This document shows, in pieces, positions 48,934-57,025 of a DNA stretch of 64,000 bases. Numbering within the stretch: position 1 is the first letter of the stretch; each line of letters begins with the position of its first letter. The notes under the pieces are model-generated. The model was not told where the DNA came from, searched no databases, and was given only the letters and a program-made list of their open reading frames with translations. This DNA is from an uncultured candidate division Zixibacteria bacterium. GTDB taxonomy: Bacteria; Zixibacteria; MSB-5A5; UBA10806. The position numbers and the translations under genes were made by a program. Location: positions 205,690-269,689 of the forward strand of contig CAWFQL010000016.1 of assembly GCA_963817915.1 (NCBI GenBank), read 5' to 3'.

Positions 48934-49796
48934 GCCTCCTCGTCGCCGGCAATAAATTTCTTGGTTTTCGAAAATTCAATTTGGACGGTCAAGAGCACTC
49001 GCGCCAAATCATCCCTGCCAAATGTCAGGTATCGTTCGTAACCGTCGTCGATTTTGTAAGCCAGAACATCGGCGCCGGTTCCGCTTCCACCCATCATAGA
49101 AACTAAATCGGCAACATGGGTAACAAATATTAGCCCTTTATGCTTATCATCTGAATCTGCCGGTTTATGATGAAACTTTATTGCTTCAGCCAAAGACGCC
49201 GGAAGCTTCCAATGCATTGCCAATTCATATCCTACGGCAGCGTGATTAGTGCCAATCAGTGTATCCTCGGCCGCCAGGAAATCGTTGGTCTTGCGTTCAT
49301 CGCACCATTTAGTCAAAGTTTCGGTATTTCCAACCAAAAATTCGGATATAATCGCTTTCCCGATATCGTGCAGCAGACCGGCGGTGAAGGCCAGGTCCGA
49401 CGATACGCCTGTACGCGCAAATTGCGAAATCTCGCGGGCAGCTATAGCTGTTTGCAGAGAATGATTCCATAAATCGCCGGCTCCGCTTTCGTATCCTTGG
49501 AGAGGCAGATTGAAAATCCTCGATGAACACGAACCGACTGCAATACCCGCCACAATCTTTTCACCAAGATGGATAATCGCACGCCCTAAAGTGGTCATGG
49601 GATATCCCGGCGAAAATGCCGCCGAATTTGCGACTCGAAGCACACGCGCTGTCAAATAGGGATCATTCTCGACAATTTTGACTACATCCTTCAGGGAATG
49701 ATTGTCTTCGCCCGAAATGGCGAGGAGTCTCGACGCGACAACTGATAGCATCGGAACTTCATTGATTCTTTTTGAAACAGTTTCAAGTACGTTCAT
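48924..49796 (-). CDS. HDOD domain protein
   Basis: DPYLTARVLRVANSA, LWNHS, AGLLHDIGK, WKLP, FHH. Confidence 0.93.
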   Translation of the reverse strand: MNVLETVSKRINEVPMLSVVASRLLAISGEDNHSLKDVVKIVENDPYLTARVLRVANSAAFSPGYPMTTLGRAIIHLGEKIVAGIAVGSCSSRIFNLPLQGYESGAGDLWNHSLQTAIAAREISQFARTGVSSDLAFTAGLLHDIGKAIISEFLVGNTETLTKWCDERKTNDFLAAEDTLIGTNHAAVGYELAMHWKLPASLAEAIKFHHKPADSDDKHKGLIFVTHVADLVSMMGGSGTGADVLAYKIDDGYERYLTFGRDDLARVLLTVQIEFSKTKKFIAGDEEAWA

Positions 49797-50278
49797 AATT
49801 CCCATTCACCCCTTCCAGGTGAAGACAGCATGACTTTGCCTGTGTCGACGAATACTGTTACGGTTCTGCTGATTGCATCGCCTACGTCTTCCGCAATTGG
49901 GCCAAGTTTATATTTCCATAATATTTTTCTCACAGCTAATACATTTCTTTTCCCGATGTTGAATGTATTATTCGGGTCCATTATGCTCGCGCCGCCCGCG
50001 AGCTTTACTATTACCTTTCCGTTGACATCGCTTCCAAGCTTTTTCATCTCGCTGATCAATAAGGGTATTCCGGTGTCCGCGAACATACCGGGACGTTCGC
50101 TAACCCTGCTTTTATTGATCGACGAATCCGGCAAAGCCACGTGAAGCATTCCTACGACCATTACCCGCGGATCAAGCATTATTACCCCAACACAAGAGCC
50201 CAGAGCCATGGTTTTTACAATTTCGCCACCTGTTTTAGAGGCGGCTAATTCGCCAACACCGACGTATATCGTCCCCAC
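49793..50278 (-). CDS. cheD: Chemoreceptor glutamine deamidase CheD
   Basis: LGSCVGV, GMLHVALP, FADTG, KLAGGA, IGKRN, EDVG. Confidence 0.95.
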   Translation of the reverse strand: MGTIYVGVGELAASKTGGEIVKTMALGSCVGVIMLDPRVMVVGMLHVALPDSSINKSRVSERPGMFADTGIPLLISEMKKLGSDVNGKVIVKLAGGASIMDPNNTFNIGKRNVLAVRKILWKYKLGPIAEDVGDAISRTVTVFVDTGKVMLSSPGRGEWEL

Positions 50279-51333
50279 TATACCTTCTCCGCAAATAAAT
50301 TCATCACTGTCGAAGCCATTTTGTCTATTGCCACTACCCTCTCGGCTCCACCTCGTTCAAATGCTTCTTTGGGCATTCCATACACGACCGAGGATGCTTC
50401 ATCCTGGGCGAATGTCCGGGCCCCGGCTTTGCGCATGGCAACCATCCCATCAGCGCCGTCATGCCCCATTCCGGTCAGCATGACTCCAATAGCATTCGAT
50501 CCAACATATTTGGCCACTGACTGCATCATGACCTCTACCGATGGTCTATGACCGCAGACTTTATCCCCTTCTTTTATATCGACAAGATAAGTTCCGCCTG
50601 ATCTGCGCACTGTCATCTGAAAATCACCCGGAGCTATCAGAACCCTGCCAGCTATAATTCTATCGCCATTTTCGGCTTCCTTTACACTCATTGCGCATTG
50701 TTCGTTCAATCGTTCGGCAAACATCTTGGTAAATCCCGCGGGCATATGCTGCACGATGATCACACCAGGCATATCGGCAGGAAATTGCGTGATTACATTG
50801 CGGATTGCTTCGGTGCCGCCGGTCGATGCTCCAATGGCTACAACTTTATCGGTGGATTCAGCCAACGCATGGGAGCTTAATTTGGATCCTTTTGCGGCTA
50901 CATGACGCTCTTTCTTAAATGCGCTTACATTCGCTCCGGCCACCATCTTGACCTTTGAACGCAATTCCTCGAGCATCTCATTTAGTCCGCGAGCCACGTC
51001 CGCGCTGGGCTTGGTTACAAAATCAATGGCTCCCGCTTCCAGCGCTTCCATGGTTATTTGCTTTCCGCGCTGAGTCAAAGCGCTTACCATCAATACCGGC
51101 AACGGATATTGCGGCATCAATTTGCGCAAAAATTCAACACCGTCCATTTTGGGCATTTCGACATCGAGCGTCAAAACATCCGGCTTAAGCTCGACTATTT
51201 TATCCCGGGCGATATATGGATCCGAGGCCGCCCCAACTACCGAAATCTCCGGGTCCATCGATAAACCACGAGTCAATATTTCCCGAACCATCGCTGAATC
51301 ATCTACTACCAGCACTCTGACAGTCTTGCTCAT
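50278..51333 (-). CDS. cheB: Chemotaxis methylesterase CheB (REC-CheB)
   Basis: GASTGGTEA, QHMP, HRPSV, LTGMG.DGA, QDEASSVVYGMP. Confidence 0.97.
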   Translation of the reverse strand: MSKTVRVLVVDDSAMVREILTRGLSMDPEISVVGAASDPYIARDKIVELKPDVLTLDVEMPKMDGVEFLRKLMPQYPLPVLMVSALTQRGKQITMEALEAGAIDFVTKPSADVARGLNEMLEELRSKVKMVAGANVSAFKKERHVAAKGSKLSSHALAESTDKVVAIGASTGGTEAIRNVITQFPADMPGVIIVQHMPAGFTKMFAERLNEQCAMSVKEAENGDRIIAGRVLIAPGDFQMTVRRSGGTYLVDIKEGDKVCGHRPSVEVMMQSVAKYVGSNAIGVMLTGMGHDGADGMVAMRKAGARTFAQDEASSVVYGMPKEAFERGGAERVVAIDKMASTVMNLFAEKV

Positions 51334-51335
51334 TA

Positions 51336-52199
51336 TTATTGCCCTTTCCTATATACTGCTGGCTTCACATAGTTGAAATGGGCATTGGAACGTCCCAACG
51401 ATTCTGAATGTCCGATAAATAAATATGCGCTATCCTCCGAATGCCGACTGAAATGCTGCAGGAGGGTATCACGGGTCGGTTTATCAAAATATATCATGAC
51501 ATTTCTGCAAAATATCGCGTGGAATTTTTTTCTGAATGGATATTCTTCACGCATCAAATTTAATCTTCTGTATAATACGAGCTGTTGTAATTTTTCATGC
51601 ACTTTCCAGCTATTATCGGAAAGTTGATTAAAATATTTGTCTTGTAATATTTTCGGCATATGAGATACGTTTTCATCCGAATAAATGCCGGCTTTCGCGA
51701 TCTCCAATACTTTCGATGATATATCAGTCGCCAGGATGCCGATATCCCAGAATCCAAGGTCTCTGCCAAGATATTCCATAATAAGCATCGCCAGTGTGTA
51801 TGGCTCCTCGCCGGATGAGCAGCCCGCGCACCATATCCGCAGATCACGTTCATTATTTTCCTTTAAGCTTTTTATCATCGCCGGCAATGCTGTCTGCGAA
51901 AAGTACGCAAAGTGATCGTTTTCACGCCAAAAAAATGTATGATTGGTAGAAATCCTGTCAATCAATCCATTTAGCGCGTGACCGGTTGAGTCGCGCTGAA
52001 CATAATCATAATATTGTTCGAAACTGGTAAACCCGTTTTGACGAAGGATTTTATTTAATCGTCCAATTATCAATGATCTTTTTTGTTCACCCAAAATTAT
52101 GCCGAATTTGTCATAAACTAATTGGCTTATCAGCTTGAATTCTTTATCCGTGAGTTGAGTTAATTCGATTATTCCAATTTCATTTGCTGCCTGAGACAT
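51336..52199 (-). CDS. cheR: Chemotaxis methyltransferase CheR
   Basis: TNHTFFWRE, WCAGCSSGEEPYT, ATDIS, FCRNVMIYFD, GHSE; start taken at ATG 52199. Confidence 0.96.
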   Translation of the reverse strand: MSQAANEIGIIELTQLTDKEFKLISQLVYDKFGIILGEQKRSLIIGRLNKILRQNGFTSFEQYYDYVQRDSTGHALNGLIDRISTNHTFFWRENDHFAYFSQTALPAMIKSLKENNERDLRIWCAGCSSGEEPYTLAMLIMEYLGRDLGFWDIGILATDISSKVLEIAKAGIYSDENVSHMPKILQDKYFNQLSDNSWKVHEKLQQLVLYRRLNLMREEYPFRKKFHAIFCRNVMIYFDKPTRDTLLQHFSRHSEDSAYLFIGHSESLGRSNAHFNYVKPAVYRKGQ

Positions 52200-52241
52200 G
52201 ATTTGGGCTCCTACCAATTTTGTCTAAATCGTTTCTAAATG

Positions 52242-52273
52242 AGCCGGGGCATCTTGTTTTAGATGCCCCGACT
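52242..52273. other. Intra-operon hairpin between the MCP gene and cheR
   Basis: Perfect 10-bp stem cggggcatct/agatgccccg; no strong U-tract on the transcribed (minus) strand. Confidence 0.5.
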
Positions 52274-52283
52274 TCAGTATTAG

Positions 52284-54434
52284 TTAGAATTTCCCGAATT
52301 CTGTGTCGTCAAGCGCGATAGTTGCCGCGGGTTGATTTTTAGTCATATTACTCATTTTGGCATTATGAGCGCCCCAATTTATATGCGCGCTCTTTTTTGC
52401 CTTCGGAGGCATCTGCGCCTGCTCGGCTTTTTCTGTACGTTCGGTAGTCTGGTAATTGGAAATATTCCCATGCTTCAATGTAAACTTCGAGAGCATCTGC
52501 TTGAGCTGATTGGCCTGGCCGGATAATTCCTCGGCCGCTGATGCGCTCTCTTCGGCGCTGGCCGTATTGGATTGAGTTACCTGATCGATCTGACCTAAGC
52601 CGGTATTCACCTGCTCGATACCTTGAGCCTGCTCATTGGAAGCGCTGGCAATCTCGCCAACCAGGTCGGTTACCTTGGTTACTCCGCCGACTATCTCCTC
52701 CAGTGCCTTGGCTGTAGTGTTGGCGATATTGGTGCCATTCTCGACTTTTTTCACTGAACCTTCAATTAACTCTGTTGTCTCTTTGGCGGCTTTCGCTGAA
52801 CGTTGAGCCAGATTCCTGACTTCTTCCGCCACGACCGCGAATCCCTTGCCATGTACTCCCGCTCGGGCCGCTTCAACCGCCGCATTCAAAGCCAGCAGGT
52901 TGGTCTGGAATGCTATTTCATCTATTACCTTGATAATCTTAGATATCTGGCTTGATGATTCATTGATTTCTTTCATCGCCGATAGCATCTCTTTCATCTG
53001 GTCATTGCCGCGACCGGCATTGTCTCTGGCGGATGACGCTAATTGATTCGCCTGGGTGGCGTTCTCGGCGTTCTGCTTGGTCTGCGAGGTCATCTCGGTC
53101 ATCGATGAGGTTACTTCCTCTATCGAACTGGCTTGTTCGGTCGCGCCCTGCGATAACGCCTGGCTCGAATCCGAAACCTGCTGCGAACCGGATGCAATCT
53201 GCTCTACCGCATTTGCGACCTGACCCAGTATATCATTGAGAGAAGCCAATGTGCCGTTAACAGCATTCTTCATGATAGCATGATCGCCCTTGTAGTCGCC
53301 GACCATAGAACCTGAAAGATCACCCTTCGACATTTCCTCAAGAACCGCTACAGCTTCGTTCACCGGCTTGATTACCGCGTCTAATGTCTCGTTGACACCC
53401 TGGACTATCTCGGCGTAGCTTCCCTTGAAATTGCCGGCGTTACCGCGGGTTTCCAATTTGCCCTCTACGGCCGACTTGGAAAGCATACCGGTCTCATTAG
53501 CCAATCCGCGCAATGATTCGGTGACGGTCTTAATCGCGGGCGATATTTCGTCCATTGAATCTTTTGCCACGATGTTGGTTGAAAGATCGCCTTCCGCGAT
53601 CTTCTTTAATGTCGCTACCACGTTATTCTGGAGGTCATCCGCGAATTCATCCATGGTGTTAGCTAGGACTCCAATTTCATCGCTTCTACGCATCCGAAGA
53701 CGAGTATTAAGATGACCCTTAGCCAGTTCCTGCAAGAGCTGGACGCCTTTGGTCATGGGATTAACAATGCTTTTCGGGTAAGAAATATGCCCAGCGCTAT
53801 CGCGACGACAAATCCAATCGCAAGTACGATTATCATTGTGGCTCTGGAACTTGACGAGGTTTTATCGCTTGCATCTGTGACCCTCGCCGCTTCAACATCA
53901 GTCAATTCAATTTCCTTATTTAATAGCTCCTCAGCTACTTTGAATGACTTCGAAGCAACTTCCATTCCCTGATTTTTTGCTTTTTCAAATGTAGCTTCAT
54001 CTTTGGTAGAATAATATTTACGTATAATGCTTTACATATTCATCTTCGTCTGTCTTCCAGGCCTGCCACGCTGCCCAGAATTTATTCCAGATCTCCTGCT
54101 CCTCGGTTGATTTTGGGCAATGGTTCATAAACATCTTTGGCCTTATCCGCTCTGTCGAATGCATTGGCAATATGCTGTAATTCTCGTTCGGACCGAGCCT
54201 GGTCTAATCCGGCATACCAATAATGTCCGTTCAGCGGCCTTAACCGCTGTCTGAGCCTGATAAATAATCTGCATTGATCTGACACTCGGGAAGTTCAACC
54301 TTCCCAAGTGTATTCGCTGAATCGCCAACAGTCTTTAGGCTATAATATCCAATTCCGCCTATAATACCGGCGATAATCGCGACTGCGACGAACCCGCCAA
54401 TTAATTTGGGTCCCAATTTGAGTTTGTTAAGCAT
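52284..54434 (-). CDS. Methyl-accepting chemotaxis protein (4HB sensor, poly-HAMP), 5' part broken by 5 frameshifts
   Basis: Fragments 54240..54434, 54143..54328, 54082..54285, 53753..53965 and 52284..53756 stitch into about 714 aa; [20 protein letters not shown]; C-terminal pentapeptide-like EFGKF. Confidence 0.9.
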
Positions 54435-54511
54435 TTTAATCCCCCTTCATTTTTAGATTTCTACTACGATTGAATTCTGCTAAAAATTCTATCTACGATT
54501 AAATTATATCC

Positions 54512-55549
54512 TCAAAATACATAAATCATTTCAAAGGCCAGTGACTGATTCGCGTTATATCTTGAATCGAATCCGCTCAGTCGTGAGCTTAGTATTGAGT
54601 AATTTATTCTGTATTCCATCAATGCCTTTATTCCTCCCGGCACTGTAACCATCGGAGCCAACGAAATAGAATGTAATTTTTCGGCGACTCCATGTTCCAG
54701 ACGGGAACCATTGATGTCATTAAAATAGTCGTATCTTGATGTCAGCCCGAATCTATCGGTCAGATTGTAATTAGTCGCAATATAATATCCCATCCAGCGC
54801 GCTTTTTCATTTGGCAGGCGGCTTTCTCCGTATGAAACATTGCCGCTTAATAGAAGATTGATAAATGGATTATATGTGCAATCCACTTCGTACAATGCCA
54901 CCTTCGTTTCGTTATCGGCGCTCTCCGAACCGTAAATTGAAGAAACACCAAAACTTAATTTCTCTTCGCTGGCAAATTCGATTCTTCCGCCAACATTCTT
55001 CCCTTTTTTGAAATCCACATTCTGATTCCAACCGTTGGTGACAAAAAGCGTCAAGCCAAATGAGTTGGAAATATCCGAATAAACCATTAGCCCCGTAAGA
55101 TTTTCAGGACAACTATAGGTTGACACCAATGAGTATGAATATTGTGTTTTTTCCGCGGTATCTTCGGGCTCGCAACCCATTGGAGCGTTAAATTTGCCGA
55201 ATGTTAATTCGCTTGATCTTAATCCTGGGAATTTAAGGGTGATGAATCCTTGTTCGAGGTCGAAACTAAAGCCCCCATTACCATCACTTGTCCATTCCAA
55301 ATCCAACCGGGCGTTCCCGATCTCACCGACATCATTTTCGAGATCAACTTCGGCTTCATCAAAACCAAACGTGCTGGTATTCGGATTATTGGTGTAAAGG
55401 TAGCTCGCATCCATAAATCCGTTGATGCGAATGGTCTTTGCCCCTTCTGAGCCTGAAATAATCGGCATGTCTTGAGCGGCAACAGAAACCGACAAAGATA
55501 TGATGAATAGAAGAATCCAAACTTCCTTGTTGTGTCTCGATAATGCCAT
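54512..55549 (-). CDS. Outer-membrane beta-barrel porin (BBP2-like)
   Basis: Signal peptide; INGFMDASY, GKFNAPMG, NGWN, RYDYFND; C-terminal YVF. Confidence 0.82.
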   Translation of the reverse strand: MALSRHNKEVWILLFIISLSVSVAAQDMPIISGSEGAKTIRINGFMDASYLYTNNPNTSTFGFDEAEVDLENDVGEIGNARLDLEWTSDGNGGFSFDLEQGFITLKFPGLRSSELTFGKFNAPMGCEPEDTAEKTQYSYSLVSTYSCPENLTGLMVYSDISNSFGLTLFVTNGWNQNVDFKKGKNVGGRIEFASEEKLSFGVSSIYGSESADNETKVALYEVDCTYNPFINLLLSGNVSYGESRLPNEKARWMGYYIATNYNLTDRFGLTSRYDYFNDINGSRLEHGVAEKLHSISLAPMVTVPGGIKALMEYRINYSILSSRLSGFDSRYNANQSLAFEMIYVF

Positions 55550-55590
55550 GAACGTTCCCTCGTCTTGCAAAATGCCCTCTTATCTCAGTT

Positions 55591-56409
55591 CTAGGGCGCC
55601 ACGCAACCCAGCTGTTCGATTTCATCTCCGCTAAGCAATTCATTGACATTAAGCAAAACCTTTAGGCCATTGCCTATTTTGCCCATTCCATGAATATAGC
55701 GGCTGGCCTTGCCTTCCTTGGCCCTGGGTGATGGCTCAATATTGTCATTTGGGATATCGAGAACTTCAGTAACGGAATCCACAATAAATCCGATTCGATT
55801 GCTGTTGCACTCGCTTATGATTACGATTTCCCTGACGCTATCTTTTAGAATCTTAATTGTTTCATCAAAAATTTCTCTCACGACCGCCAATTCCCTGCCC
55901 CACGCTGCGGTAACCAATTCGAGAGCTTCGGAGAACATCTGCTTTTTTTCATATTCCTTGACTGTTTCCCCAAGGGCATGGATTTTTTTATGGGGGATAT
56001 CGAATTTGTTTAACTGGATTCTCAGAAGCTGGTTGTTTGTAAGAAATGTATCATACCATTTCCCGAATGCACATTTATGGGGATCTGTGGTCAATTTAAA
56101 TTCCCGTTTTTCTTCAACGGATTTTTGGAGTTCTTGCAGCCAATTGATATGGTCCTGCTCTCTGGCCATCAGCAAATCGATTAAGCCCTTAATCTCATCC
56201 TGAAAACTGGCCATCCCCAAACGCTTTCTAAGATCGATTGCCGGAATTACGAGCCCTCTAAGATTAATAATACCTCTCATAAAATCCGGTGAATCAGGTA
56301 ATTTTGACGGTTTACTAAGTAGCACCATTTCTTTCACGAACTCCGTTCGAATACCATACTCCTGGTGATTTAATTCAAACGTCACCCAGCTGTTTTCCAT
56401 CTCTGACAT
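55591..56409 (-). CDS. cheW: CheW with an inserted CZB (chemoreceptor zinc-binding) domain
   Basis: CheW halves (GIINLRG.VIP.IDLRKRLG / GFIVDSVTEV) flank DHINW...PHKCAFGKWY...PHKKIH. Confidence 0.88.
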   Translation of the reverse strand: MSEMENSWVTFELNHQEYGIRTEFVKEMVLLSKPSKLPDSPDFMRGIINLRGLVIPAIDLRKRLGMASFQDEIKGLIDLLMAREQDHINWLQELQKSVEEKREFKLTTDPHKCAFGKWYDTFLTNNQLLRIQLNKFDIPHKKIHALGETVKEYEKKQMFSEALELVTAAWGRELAVVREIFDETIKILKDSVREIVIISECNSNRIGFIVDSVTEVLDIPNDNIEPSPRAKEGKASRYIHGMGKIGNGLKVLLNVNELLSGDEIEQLGCVAP

Positions 56410-56480
56410 TTTCCCAACCTCCTCTTGTCGCCCCCCATGTTTAGCGATTAAAGCAGGTAAGAAAAGACTGTCGATATTTT

Positions 56481-56996
56481 TTAATTTACCGATGTTTCCT
56501 GGATCAACTCAGCTTCGCATTTTAGCAAAAGCTGTCTGATATCCAGGAGAATCTTTACTTCCTCTCCGACTTTTCCTAATCCTTGAATGAATCTGCTCGA
56601 TTCACCTTTATTTACCTTTGGCGGCGGCTCGATATGATCGGCAGGTATATCTATTACCTCAGAAACCGAATCGACTATCAGGCCGACAGCCATATTATTA
56701 ATGTTGACCACCACGATACATGTACGTTCGTCGTACTTGCGCTCTTCAAACCCGAAACGAAGCCTTACATCGACGACGGGAATAACCTTCCCGCGAAGAT
56801 TGATGACTCCCTTTACGTAATTGGGCATGTCGGGCAAATCAGTGATATTTTGAATGCCGATTATTTCGGTGACATTCTTGATTTCAATTCCATACTCTTC
56901 ATTTCCAAGCGTGAAAGTCAGGTATTTCCCTTCCTGGGTATCTTCCTGTTCCTCTTCGTCGAGAAGCTCACTATTGAGTCTTTCATTCTCTGCCAT
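56481..56996 (-). CDS. cheW: Chemotaxis coupling protein CheW
   Basis: YLTFTLGNEEYG, GVINLRGKVIPVVD, GLIVDSVSEV. Confidence 0.96.
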   Translation of the reverse strand: MAENERLNSELLDEEEQEDTQEGKYLTFTLGNEEYGIEIKNVTEIIGIQNITDLPDMPNYVKGVINLRGKVIPVVDVRLRFGFEERKYDERTCIVVVNINNMAVGLIVDSVSEVIDIPADHIEPPPKVNKGESSRFIQGLGKVGEEVKILLDIRQLLLKCEAELIQETSVN

Positions 56997-57025
56997 AACG
57001 TTCTCCTATTTTAAGGTAAGCAATT

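Noticed and set aside
53753-54434. Four separate small genes upstream of the MCP
   Set aside because: They are consecutive frameshifted pieces of the MCP TM1-sensor-TM2 region.
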